Part shown: positions 19,507-30,156 of the stretch, in pieces
Layout of the letters: every line of letters begins with the position of its first letter
How positions within the stretch are numbered: position 1 is the first letter of the stretch
Assembly (NCBI GenBank): GCA_963666275.2
Contig: CAXXOA010000002.1
Span: 1,632,001-1,696,000, forward strand
Origin: Oceanispirochaeta sp.
GTDB lineage: Bacteria; Spirochaetota; Spirochaetia; DSM-2461
DNA: 64,000 nt
Direction: 5' to 3'
Made by a program: the position numbers and the translations under genes
Notes under the pieces: generated by a model
Seen by the model: the letters and a program-made list of their open reading frames with translations, nothing else
What the model was told of the DNA's origin: nothing
Databases searched by the model: none

Positions 19507-20721
19507 ATGTCTGAAAATTCAGCTGTTTTCAAAGAACGAAAAGTACTCCTCACCCTTTGCTATTTTTCATTCGGAATGATAGGTCTTCTTTTTAGCATGA
19601 GGACGAATATTTTTCAGTATGTACAGGCGGATTACCTGGATGGCTATACTCACATTGCCTCTCTGGTTCTTATTTCTGGAATCCTCATGCAATTTCCTCT
19701 ATTTCTTACAGGCCTTTTTATTGAAAAAAAGGGATTTCAGAAAGCTCTTCTCCTGGGAATGATCAGTTTCTCACTACCGGTCTTTCTGCTATTTTTTGTC
19801 AGATCCGTATTGTTTTTCGATGTAGCTTTTACATTACTCATGCTGGGATACGGCATATCAGTTATGGCACTGAATCTTTTTACAAGCAATCTGCACCCTG
19901 AGAGAAAGGGAAATGTGCTTCTGATGCTCCATCTCTACTTTGCCGTGGGAGCCCTTTTCGGTCCCAGGCTGATAAGTCAACTCACTGATTCCGGTTTTTC
20001 CTGGCAGTTCGGGATTGTCATCTCAGGTCTGCCCCTTCTCATCGTTATAGCTGCTATTTTCAGCATCAACAGGAAAGTTTCATTTTCCATGGAATACGAA
20101 GGGCATGCCGAATCCTCATTGGCTGGAAAAGGGTCGGTGAAGAATCCTATTGTATGGCTGTTTGTTGTTATATTTCTCTGTTCTCAGACCTGGGAGTTTG
20201 GTATGGCTACCTGGTTTGTGATATATGCCAATGATACTTCCGGATTGGATCCTTCCAGTGCTGCATGGTATCTGTCGATGTTTTATGGCTCCTACCCCCT
20301 TGTTCGTATTATTTTCTCCCGATTTATCCATCGTATGAATCTGTTGGTTGTGCTGTTTATTGCCTTCTCTATCTGTGCTTGTTTTATTCTGCTGGGAAGT
20401 CTATCAGGAAATTACCTGTATTTCAGTCTGACCGGACTGGGTGTCGCCTTACTCTATCCAGCTATTATTGCTTCCATGCAGGAACATTTTGGGGGCAGAG
20501 CAACGAAAACCATCGGCTTTGTCACAATGATGGGAGGTTTAATCCAGTATGTGGCTATTTGGTCTGTGGGAATTATTAGCAATCAGCAGGGAATTGAGAA
20601 AGGTTTTTCCTCTCTGATCTGGTATATGCTGGCCGGGGCTTTAACTGTTCTGGCTGTCTTTCTGCTGGAAAAGAAACAATCTTCATCAGAGATGGTTTAC
20701 TCAGGAAGGTTAGACAGGTAG
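19507..20721 (+). CDS. MFS transporter (FucP/TsgA-like)
   Basis: About 12 hydrophobic helices, 404 aa, LH..FAVGA..GP motif. Confidence 0.85.
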   Translation: MSENSAVFKERKVLLTLCYFSFGMIGLLFSMRTNIFQYVQADYLDGYTHIASLVLISGILMQFPLFLTGLFIEKKGFQKALLLGMISFSLPVFLLFFVRSVLFFDVAFTLLMLGYGISVMALNLFTSNLHPERKGNVLLMLHLYFAVGALFGPRLISQLTDSGFSWQFGIVISGLPLLIVIAAIFSINRKVSFSMEYEGHAESSLAGKGSVKNPIVWLFVVIFLCSQTWEFGMATWFVIYANDTSGLDPSSAAWYLSMFYGSYPLVRIIFSRFIHRMNLLVVLFIAFSICACFILLGSLSGNYLYFSLTGLGVALLYPAIIASMQEHFGGRATKTIGFVTMMGGLIQYVAIWSVGIISNQQGIEKGFSSLIWYMLAGALTVLAVFLLEKKQSSSEMVYSGRLDR

Positions 20722-20732
20722 GATTCTCTTCT

Positions 20733-21515
20733 ATGATAATACTCCTGTCTCCCGCTAAAAATATGGATTTTGAAACACCTCTGCCTTCCGGACTGGAGGA
20801 GTTTGCCGAATATACTGAACCTCAGTTTTCCCTTCAGGCCGGTGATCTTGTCCGGGATTGTGTGATCCCCCAGAGCCCTGCTTCCCTTCAGAAGATTATG
20901 GGGATCAGTCCGGGCCTGGCAGCAGAAACTGCCGAAACCTACAGACTTTTTGATCAGCGGAAAGGGATTTCCAGACCGGCTCTCTTTGCCTATGCCGGAG
21001 CGGTTTTTCAGAATATGAAGGTCCATAGCTTTGATCCTGATGCTCTGGTTTTCGCCCGGGATCATCTTCGCATCCTTTCGGCTCTGTACGGATATCTTTC
21101 CCCACTGGACAGGATTCGGCCCTACCGGCTCGATATGAAGACAAGGATTATTCCGGAAGGCTCTTCCTCCCTGGCGGATTTCTGGCGGCAGGATCTAACC
21201 GATGCCCTGGTCAGGGATCTGGAGAGGCAGGAGACTCCCTTTGTTCTTAACCTGGCCTCCGCTGAGTTCTCAAAGGTGCTTGATAAAAAACAGATCCCCT
21301 GTCCTTTTGTGACCGTTGACTTTAAAGAGGAGAGGGAAGGGAAGCTGAAAACCATCGGCACCTATGCTAAAATGGCCCGGGGGAATATGGTGCATCAGAT
21401 CCTGACGGGTCAGATCGCCGATCCGGAGGAGCTGAAAGCTCTGGATGTGATGGGGTACCGGTATGCTCCGGAAAAGAGTTCCCCTCTGAACTGGCTGTTT
21501 ATAAGAGAGTCCTGA
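20733..21515 (+). CDS. yaaA: Peroxide stress protein YaaA (UPF0246)
   Basis: LSPAK.MD, ILS.LYG.L.PLD.I.PYRL.M, NLAS.EF, AK.ARG.M. Confidence 0.92.
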   Translation: MIILLSPAKNMDFETPLPSGLEEFAEYTEPQFSLQAGDLVRDCVIPQSPASLQKIMGISPGLAAETAETYRLFDQRKGISRPALFAYAGAVFQNMKVHSFDPDALVFARDHLRILSALYGYLSPLDRIRPYRLDMKTRIIPEGSSSLADFWRQDLTDALVRDLERQETPFVLNLASAEFSKVLDKKQIPCPFVTVDFKEEREGKLKTIGTYAKMARGNMVHQILTGQIADPEELKALDVMGYRYAPEKSSPLNWLFIRES

Positions 21516-21520
21516 AAGGG

Positions 21521-22198
21521 TTACCGGATGAAGGTCACCGACAGGGTTCCGTCATAGAGCAGGTCTGCACCGTTCATCAAATAAACGCTCCCTTCGGGGG
21601 CCAGAATCAATGAATCCGTTAAGGGAATTTCCATCCTGAGAACTGCCCCCGGAGCCGCCGTACGCATCCCGGTGGTGGTGGGATTCCTGTCGCCCGAACC
21701 ATCCTCCGAATGCAGAAAGAGATAGCCGATCCTGGGGCCCAGTGTCATATTGAAAGAGCCCCTTTTCCCTATATCCATAAGAAGTGAAAACCAGAGGGCT
21801 CCCCATTCGGTAAACTCCTCCGGGTCCTCCCTGTTTTCGTCCCAGATAACGGACATGCCGCTGACAGCCGGATTCAGGGAGAGGGCAAACCAGGGGGAGT
21901 CATAGACCATCCAGTTCAGATCTCCCATCAGGCCGAACATGTAGGCTCTGAGTCCCACATCGAGGTTTTCGGTAATGCCGTTTCTTACCTGGACCATGGC
22001 AATGGTCGGGACCGCAGCCGCTTCCGCTCCCTCAGACGTTTCGGGAGATGCCAGAACCCCTGAAGCCAGGGTAATCCTGGTTTCTTCATCTCCGGCGGGA
22101 CGGGCGGAATGGAGGGTCGCGAAACTGGTGCATCCGCTGAGGAGTATCAGCCCTGACAGCAGAAAGCCGCAGAGGATGGAAGGTGACTGGTATTTCAT
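21521..22198 (-). CDS. Hypothetical lipoprotein, possibly beta-barrel-like
   Basis: Lipobox LSGC followed by alternating hydrophobic strands. Confidence 0.6.
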   Translation of the reverse strand: MKYQSPSILCGFLLSGLILLSGCTSFATLHSARPAGDEETRITLASGVLASPETSEGAEAAAVPTIAMVQVRNGITENLDVGLRAYMFGLMGDLNWMVYDSPWFALSLNPAVSGMSVIWDENREDPEEFTEWGALWFSLLMDIGKRGSFNMTLGPRIGYLFLHSEDGSGDRNPTTTGMRTAAPGAVLRMEIPLTDSLILAPEGSVYLMNGADLLYDGTLSVTFIR

Positions 22199-22254
22199 AG
22201 GAACTCTCCCGGCATAAAGGATAATCCCCCGGCAGCCTGAAATCCACAGGGGGC

Positions 22255-22284
22255 AAAAAAAGGGGGAAGCCTGAAGCTTCCCCC
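22255..22284 (-). terminator. Intrinsic terminator of eno
   Basis: Minus strand GGGGGAAGC-TTCAG-GCTTCCCCC followed by T7. Confidence 0.88.
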
Positions 22285-22313
22285 GAAATATTTCTTACCT
22301 GTTCAGAAAAGGA

Positions 22314-23696
<1,383 letters not shown>

Positions 23697-23801
23697 TTAC
23701 TACTAATCATTCCCTGCAGAGCGGGATTCTCATTAATATGCGGAATTCAGAGCATGAAAGTCAAGGCAATGAGGCAAGGTTCACCGTATTATTTAATTGA
23801 T

Positions 23802-24812
23802 CTAACTCTTTGGAGGGACAATTGTTGCCCGATCCGTATAGGTCTGGCGGATTTTTATCAGATGGGGGGCCTGCCTGCCTTTTTGAATTCGCTCCTGAAG
23901 CATATTTACAGCGTACTCGCCCATAAGCTGGGTATCGATTCTCATGGTGGAAAGGCGGGCTGTTTCCTTTTCCCTGTAGTTGAGGGTATCTCCCGGAGCG
24001 ATCAGGGAAAGATCTGAGGGAACGGAGATCCCCATCCGGTCCAGTTCGTAGAGAACTTTCCGGCCCAGGAGGTCGTCGTGTAGGAAGAGGGCGGTAGGTT
24101 TTATCTCACTTTTCTCTAAAAGCTCACTCATAGCCTCCCGGATACTCCCGTAGGAATCAAGGGTGACAGTTTTTCTGAAATCTGCAGGCAGGGGCAGTCC
24201 CTTTTCCTCCATGGCTTTACAGAATCCGAAGTATCTGTCTGCCATAATGCCCGGAGAGTGATCCCGCCTGTAGTCCATAAAGGCAATATGCCTGTGGCCC
24301 GAGCGGATCAGCTGCAGGGTTCCCTCATAGGCTCCCATAAAATCATCCACGCAGACCGTAAAGAAGCTCTCCTGCAGAGCCGTGCTGTTGATAATGACAC
24401 AGGGAATTCCCCGTTGTTCCAGATCCTCAAAGAGCTCCTGCCGGGTAAACTGAATGCTCAGTACAGCGGAAGCTCCCAGGCTGCGGATTTTTTCCGTGAT
24501 CTCCGGGCTTGTCTCTTCAAACCCTACGGGAAGGATCGAGAGGGTAAACCCCTGTTCCGCCGCCCCGGCAGAAATCTGGCGGATCAGAGGATTGAAGAAA
24601 TAGGCCAGGCTATCACTGTCCTCTGCCATATCCATCAGCAGAACCCAGGGATTCCTTCTGTTCTGTCCGGGCCTTTTATACCCCAGTTCATCAGCGGCTG
24701 TCTGAACCTTTTCCCGGACCTCTTCGGAAATCCGTCCCTTTCCGGACAGAGCCATGGACGCTGTGGTCAGGGATACTCCGGCTTTTTCCGCCACATCATT
24801 CAGTTTTGCCAT
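23802..24812 (-). CDS. LacI family transcriptional regulator
   Basis: L.DVAEKAGVS.TTAS.AL HTH plus sugar-binding core (VP.DLS.I, LST.RID). Confidence 0.92.
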   Translation of the reverse strand: MAKLNDVAEKAGVSLTTASMALSGKGRISEEVREKVQTAADELGYKRPGQNRRNPWVLLMDMAEDSDSLAYFFNPLIRQISAGAAEQGFTLSILPVGFEETSPEITEKIRSLGASAVLSIQFTRQELFEDLEQRGIPCVIINSTALQESFFTVCVDDFMGAYEGTLQLIRSGHRHIAFMDYRRDHSPGIMADRYFGFCKAMEEKGLPLPADFRKTVTLDSYGSIREAMSELLEKSEIKPTALFLHDDLLGRKVLYELDRMGISVPSDLSLIAPGDTLNYREKETARLSTMRIDTQLMGEYAVNMLQERIQKGRQAPHLIKIRQTYTDRATIVPPKS

Positions 24813-25009
24813 TGTTCTCCTCTTACAGTCATTGTAACGGCCAATGCGTCTCTGTCAAAGGCTCTTTGGTAAAATTTATCAGGATGCCATATTGACGCTG
24901 TAAAAAATCAGGAGTCCAGTCCCTGGGAAGGGATTTGGTGGTTTGAGAAGAGAAAAAACTTGACTGAAGGTAAAAATAAGATAAAATATGGTAAAAAGAG
25001 AGGTAAAAT

Positions 25010-26260
25010 ATGAATTCGAGAGAAAGGGTCCTGGCATCCCTGGCCCACAGAGAGCCTGATCGAGTCCCCATCGATCTGGGAGGAACGCCCAGTTCGGGGA
25101 TCTCCGCCCTGGCCCATGCGGGACTGATGGAGAACCTGGGCTGGGATCAGCCCACCAGAATCTACGATGTGGTGCAGCAGCTGGCCCAGCCTTCAGAGGA
25201 TCTTATTGATCTTCTGGGTGTGGATGTCCTGGATATCGGAAGAACCTTCAACCGGGAGGAGGCCGACTGGTATCCGATCACTCTGCAGAACGGAAAACAG
25301 GGCTTCTATCCCGCCTGGTTCAGACCTGTAAAAGAGGGGAGGGAATGGGCCGTCTACCACGGGGATTCGGGGACCAAAATCGCCGCCATGCCAGAGGGGG
25401 CCACATTCTTCGATCAGACCTACTTTCCCTGGAAGGACGGCTATCCCGACAGCCGGAAGGGAATGGAGGAAGCCCTGGATGAGGCGATGGATCATGTGCT
25501 CTGGTCAAAACTGGTTCACAGCCCCTGGGATCATGCAGGAGATCCGGACTTTTTCCCAACCCTCCGGGAAAGGACACGGGAGCTCCGGGAATCCACCGAT
25601 AAGGCCCTGATGGTGGTAAACGGCTGCAACCTCTTTGAGTGGGGGACCTTTCTGCGCCGGATGGACAACTTCCTGATGGACCTGTATACAGATCAGGAGA
25701 ATGTGGCTCTCCTTATGGAACTGCTGATGGAGCGGCATCTCAAGGGGCTGGAGAAAACCTGTGAAGCCCTGGGAGATCTGGTGGATGTGCTCCGCTTCGG
25801 GGATGACCTGGGCATGGACTCGGGGCCTTTCATGGGGCTGGAGGTCTACAGGGAACTCTTTCATGAGCACCGGAAAACCCTCTGTTCCTATGTGCACAAC
25901 AACAGCGGCATGAAAACCTTCCTCCATACCTGCGGGTCTATGGAACTGTTTATTCCTTCCCTGATAGAGGAGGGGATGGATATCATCAATCCTGTTCAGA
26001 CCAACTGCCGGGATATGGAGCCGGAGAGACTCAAAGAAAAATACGGAAAGGATATAGTCTTCTGGGGAGGAGGGATGGATCCCCGGGTGATCCTCAATAA
26101 CGGTACTCCTGATCAGATCCGGGAAGAGGTCCGCAGACGACTGGATACTTTTGCTCCCGGCGGCGGGTTTGTGTTCAACAACATTCACAACATTATGCCC
26201 GATGTACCGCCGGAGAATATTCTGGCCATGTTTGACGAGGTGCAGAGGTTCCATTATTAA
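25010..26260 (+). CDS. UroD/MtaA-CmuA superfamily protein (putative methyltransferase)
   Basis: NSRERV...H.EPDRVP, GDDLG, LHTCG, INPVQ, FWGGG.D, GGGFVF..IHNI. No HemE RQAGRY motif. Confidence 0.85.
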   Translation: MNSRERVLASLAHREPDRVPIDLGGTPSSGISALAHAGLMENLGWDQPTRIYDVVQQLAQPSEDLIDLLGVDVLDIGRTFNREEADWYPITLQNGKQGFYPAWFRPVKEGREWAVYHGDSGTKIAAMPEGATFFDQTYFPWKDGYPDSRKGMEEALDEAMDHVLWSKLVHSPWDHAGDPDFFPTLRERTRELRESTDKALMVVNGCNLFEWGTFLRRMDNFLMDLYTDQENVALLMELLMERHLKGLEKTCEALGDLVDVLRFGDDLGMDSGPFMGLEVYRELFHEHRKTLCSYVHNNSGMKTFLHTCGSMELFIPSLIEEGMDIINPVQTNCRDMEPERLKEKYGKDIVFWGGGMDPRVILNNGTPDQIREEVRRRLDTFAPGGGFVFNNIHNIMPDVPPENILAMFDEVQRFHY

Positions 26261-26366
26261 AGGGATGCGAAACAAAGGCTCTTCCCCGTCAGTGAAGAGT
26301 CTTTTCTCCTTTTCCGAAAGAAGATATATACTCATAGACGGAAAGTGAAAGAAAAAGGAGAGAGCC

Positions 26367-26738
26367 ATGTCTTCTTTAGAAAAACCTATTGAATCGATAG
26401 ATCAATATATCCGGCAGTTTGATGAGGATAGACAGGTCGTCCTTCAGAAGATCCGGGATATTATCCTGAAAAATGCCCCTGAAGCGGAAGAGAGGATCCG
26501 TTACGGAATTCCTACTTTTTATTTCAAAGAGAACCTGGTCCATTTTGCCTCATTCAAAAAGCACATAGGATTCTATCCCACCCCTTCGGGGATCAGCGAA
26601 TTCAGCAAAGAACTCTCTTCCTATAAAACCGCTAAAGGGTCGGTTCAGTTCCCCCTCAACCGTCCGGTTCCCTATGATCTTATAGAAAGGATTGTCCGGT
26701 TCCGGGTAGAGGAGATCCTGGGAGATCTCCCGGTGTGA
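26367..26738 (+). CDS. DUF1801/YdhG-like protein
   Basis: IDQYI, APEAEE.I.YG.PTF, FA.FKKHIGFYP, KGSVQFP...P.P.DLI. Confidence 0.88.
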   Translation: MSSLEKPIESIDQYIRQFDEDRQVVLQKIRDIILKNAPEAEERIRYGIPTFYFKENLVHFASFKKHIGFYPTPSGISEFSKELSSYKTAKGSVQFPLNRPVPYDLIERIVRFRVEEILGDLPV

Positions 26739-26772
26739 ACCCGGTATTCTCCCTGAGACCTGCCTTCCGGGT

Positions 26773-28080
26773 TTACCGGCTGTACCAGCTCTCCGCCTCC
26801 TCCATGGCAATGTCCGCCCACTCCCAGAGTCTCTGTGGTTCGTAGGCCACGGTGGAGATGTCCTTCATTATCAGTTCCACATGGCAGTTTCCCCCTGTCT
26901 CCTCCAGGAAATCCCGGATCTGCTTTCGGGCCTCTCCCGGGTCCCAGGCTGTGGTGGCGAAGACCGCCGGGTTGGGTTTGCGGCTGATTACATACTCATC
27001 CCTTATCTCTTCTATGGCTTTTTTTGTATCATTCCAGGGGCTGCAGGAGATCTTCCGCAGGTTGGGGATCCGCCGGAGCTGTACCATCTTCCCCGCCAGG
27101 GGTTCGCAGCAGCCGTAGTAGATCAGGCCCCAGCGTTCCAGCCAGCGGAGATCGTGGTCAATGGCAAATTCCCAGTGCATCTGAGGGGATACGTCGGAGA
27201 AAATCTGGGCATTGGAACAGCCCCACATATTATGGGGTCTGACATGTTCCGGATTGTAGTTCTGTCCGGGGAGCTGACTGGTGTAGCCGTACCCCCCCGA
27301 GCCGATCCGGGTATTGTTACTGTCCAGGGAGAGCAGATTCTGTTCTTCGTACTGATCCAGTTCCACCATCCAGGCGTCCACCATCCGGTCTACCGCGTCA
27401 TGCACCATTTCAGGCCGCATGATCAGATCCATCATGGCTTCTGTGACTCCCCACCAGCGGATCAGATAGTCCCAGGGGGTATACCATATATGGGTCTGTC
27501 CCATCGCTTTTACAGGCAGTATATCCCCCAGCAGTTCTTTCATGGCGTAATAGCTGTAGGCGGTGGCCTCTTCGTTGTGGGTAATCACAGGCATTCTGAT
27601 TTTGGCTATATCTTCAGGACGGGATATCTGGATTTTAAAATGCCGGGAGACGATATCGTTGGATTCGTCGGTCCGGGCCACATCAGTGTCTTCGATAATG
27701 CCGAAGTCGGTGCTGTGGATCACTTTGGGGCATTCGAACCAGGGATTGATGATCATGTCCCCTCTCATATGGTTCCACTGATAGAGGGTCTTCCGCAGGC
27801 GGTCTTCCAGATCCCGGGCCCATTTCCCTTCGCACTGCAGGGTAAGCTCGTCATTCACATTCATCTCATGCCAGGGGATTTCATTGATCCATACCATAGG
27901 GCGCCGGGACTTCAGGTCATTCATATCTCTCCATAATCCGGCTTTTTCCTTATGGACGGGGTTCTCAGCCGCCCGGGCATATTTCTCTCCCAGATTCCGT
28001 AGAATCCCCTTTTCCCGGGGGGTGAGTTCAATCGGCTCTGCCACAGAGGGCGCTTCTCTATGACTGGGGTCGTGCAGCAT
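26773..28080 (-). CDS. Divergent UroD/MetE-like TIM-barrel family protein
   Basis: EIPWHE, SP.MHWEF, YYGCCEPL, RKIS.SPW, SRKPNP, MKDIST. Start reassigned to ATG 28080 behind AAGGAG. Confidence 0.65.
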   Translation of the reverse strand: MLHDPSHREAPSVAEPIELTPREKGILRNLGEKYARAAENPVHKEKAGLWRDMNDLKSRRPMVWINEIPWHEMNVNDELTLQCEGKWARDLEDRLRKTLYQWNHMRGDMIINPWFECPKVIHSTDFGIIEDTDVARTDESNDIVSRHFKIQISRPEDIAKIRMPVITHNEEATAYSYYAMKELLGDILPVKAMGQTHIWYTPWDYLIRWWGVTEAMMDLIMRPEMVHDAVDRMVDAWMVELDQYEEQNLLSLDSNNTRIGSGGYGYTSQLPGQNYNPEHVRPHNMWGCSNAQIFSDVSPQMHWEFAIDHDLRWLERWGLIYYGCCEPLAGKMVQLRRIPNLRKISCSPWNDTKKAIEEIRDEYVISRKPNPAVFATTAWDPGEARKQIRDFLEETGGNCHVELIMKDISTVAYEPQRLWEWADIAMEEAESWYSR

Positions 28081-28167
28081 GTCTGGCTCCTTTTTTCCTT
28101 TTTGTTCCATCATGGAGCAGAGAATTCGGGCCCGCAAGGGGGAGTGTTAATTGTTATAGAGGCAGTG

Positions 28168-29868
28168 TCAGTTTTTGTAGTTATCCCGGAGGGATTCCAG
28201 ATAATCCCCCGGATTCATACCTCTGTATTTTTTGTAGAGGTTGAAAAAATAGTTGGCATTGGCGTACCCCACCTTCAGAGCTATCTGCGAAAGGGGCAGG
28301 GATTCCCGCATCATCAGTTCTTCGGCTTTTTCCAGGCGGAGACGGTTCAGCCAGAGGGGAAAGGAGTCTCCCGTCTCTTTTTTAAAGAGCCTTCCCAGGT
28401 AGGGGGAGGACAGATTGAAGTGATAGGCCAGGACTTTCAGTGACAGAGGGGTGTGATAGTTCTCAGCAGCATAGGCTATGACCTGTTCTATAAGGGTGGT
28501 GCTGTTCTTCCTCTTCTGTTCCTGACTGCGGAGAATCTCCAGGGATACTTCTCTGAGCCATCCCAGGGTTTCATCCATGCCGGGCTGAAGAAAGAGCTTC
28601 TTAAAAAGGTTTTCCGGTCTGCCCAGATACTCCTCCAGGGGAAGTTCCAGAGTTCGGGTGATATTCATCAGGTTGGAAAGGATTTCCATGGTGAAGCCCC
28701 TGAAATAGTCCATGGTCACAGAGCTGTCCCGGCTGAAATCCTCTGCCAGCTGACGGAAGTAACCTGAAACCTCCTCCCGGCGGCACTCCATGATGAGCTG
28801 GTACAGGTAGTCGGGCGTGGAGTTCTTTTTTTCCCGGGGCGCTACAAGGTCCAGTATATTGTCCCGGTCCAGAAGATGGACGGGCAGGGGGTTCATGCCG
28901 GAGATTGCCAGGCCGTGGAAATAGTCGGCACAGACCTGAACGGCCAGAGCCCCGTCCCGGCGGGGATCCTGATAGGTTATGGCTTTGAGCTTCCCCTCCC
29001 GGATAAAGCGGATCCCCCTGGGGGTGCTCCCGTTGGCGACGCAGATCACATCGCTGCGGCAGGCTTCCTCCAGAGCCTGGTTGATTCCCTCCTGGGCTTC
29101 GCTGTCATCGGCGCAGATTATGCCCTTCAGAGCCGGGCCGTGGACAGACAGCCATCCTCTGATAGTATCGCAGGTTTTCCGGCTGTCCAGATCGGTGGAT
29201 GCCATCTCCAGAAGCTCCATGGCGGGGGCTCCTTTATTCAGTTCCGTAATGGCTGCCCAGCTGCGGGCGTAGTAGGATGAGGTCTCTTCCCGGTGGCAGA
29301 TGATGCCATAGCCCCCCCGATTATTCATGAGCGAAGCAAAGCGGCGGGAAAGGAGGCGGAACTGTTCCCAGTCGTCCGGCCCGGTCCAGGAGAGGATATA
29401 GGGATAGTCCTTTTCATCGGGGGTAAAGTTAGACGCTATGAGAGGAATCCCTGCGCTGTAGGCCTTCCGGATCATTGCACCGGCATTTTCCTGATCTTCC
29501 GCCCAGAGAATGATCAGGTCCGGCTTCAGCCTGAGGACCCTTTCCATCTGCTGGTCCTGAAGGTCCGAATCCCATTGACAGTCCAGTATGGTCAGGGCGA
29601 TTCCATAGCTTTCGGCCTTTTCCCGCATCCCTTCCTGGTACTCCCGGCTGTAGGGATGGTCTCCCGGTACCAGGGCCATGACCTCTTTACCCTTGGGGCC
29701 TCCCGGAGGGGAGGGGGGCTGGGGCTCTTTTTTCACCATCCATCCCGCATACTCCCTGTCGTACCAGTGGCGTTCATCCTCCCAGGGGTAGCTTTCGGGA
29801 AAGTCAGGCCGGGGAGGGATCTCCTTGCCCCGGTTTTCCCAGAACAGGGGGGTATGGGATGGGGTCAT
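28168..29868 (-). CDS. Sugar-binding-domain / AraC fusion transcriptional regulator
   Basis: N-terminal RbsB-like domain with no signal peptide; C-terminal LSLK.LA..F.LS..YLGRLFKKETG...VGY.N.NYF AraC HTHs. Confidence 0.88.
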   Translation of the reverse strand: MTPSHTPLFWENRGKEIPPRPDFPESYPWEDERHWYDREYAGWMVKKEPQPPSPPGGPKGKEVMALVPGDHPYSREYQEGMREKAESYGIALTILDCQWDSDLQDQQMERVLRLKPDLIILWAEDQENAGAMIRKAYSAGIPLIASNFTPDEKDYPYILSWTGPDDWEQFRLLSRRFASLMNNRGGYGIICHREETSSYYARSWAAITELNKGAPAMELLEMASTDLDSRKTCDTIRGWLSVHGPALKGIICADDSEAQEGINQALEEACRSDVICVANGSTPRGIRFIREGKLKAITYQDPRRDGALAVQVCADYFHGLAISGMNPLPVHLLDRDNILDLVAPREKKNSTPDYLYQLIMECRREEVSGYFRQLAEDFSRDSSVTMDYFRGFTMEILSNLMNITRTLELPLEEYLGRPENLFKKLFLQPGMDETLGWLREVSLEILRSQEQKRKNSTTLIEQVIAYAAENYHTPLSLKVLAYHFNLSSPYLGRLFKKETGDSFPLWLNRLRLEKAEELMMRESLPLSQIALKVGYANANYFFNLYKKYRGMNPGDYLESLRDNYKN

Positions 29869-29931
29869 AATCTCGTTCCTTCAGGGCGCTTCATCATCCT
29901 CTCCTGTCAGCACTCAGAATTCCTCATGTTC

Positions 29932-30102
29932 AGAATAGGTCAGGTTCCGGGATCCTGTAAACCTGGAGAATTTTCCGATTTGATTGTAAAAATTTCGGAT
30001 AAATAAAAGCTTTTTCAGGATCTATTGTGAAAAAATCCGAAATTTTTGCATTTTTTCCCATAATTTTTCCGGTAGCGGGATTAAAAAATCGGCTCCTACA
30101 AT
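29932..30102. promoter_or_regulatory. Divergent promoters with two pairs of 17-bp AraC-type sites
   Basis: Sites at 29963-79 and 29984-30000 (leftward), 30035-51 and 30056-72 (rightward), 21-bp period. Leftward TTTACA/TATTCT; rightward -10 TACAAT at 30097-30102. Confidence 0.6.
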
Positions 30103-30156
30103 AATACATACCACCGGGGGAAACGGTGGTTTTCACAAAAAATAAAGGAGTTTATA

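Noticed and set aside
24865..24885. TGGTAAAATTTATCA as the LacI operator
   Set aside because: Imperfect palindrome lacking the central CG typical of LacI sites; only one copy seen.
25010..26260. hemE (true uroporphyrinogen decarboxylase) call for the UroD-like genes
   Set aside because: No RQAGRY motif and no tetrapyrrole genes nearby.
26881..27936. Long antisense ORFs (also 18134-19162, 6091-7035, 60091-61053, 45513-46394)
   Set aside because: They lie opposite well-supported genes, have no recognisable motifs, and are explained by codon bias.
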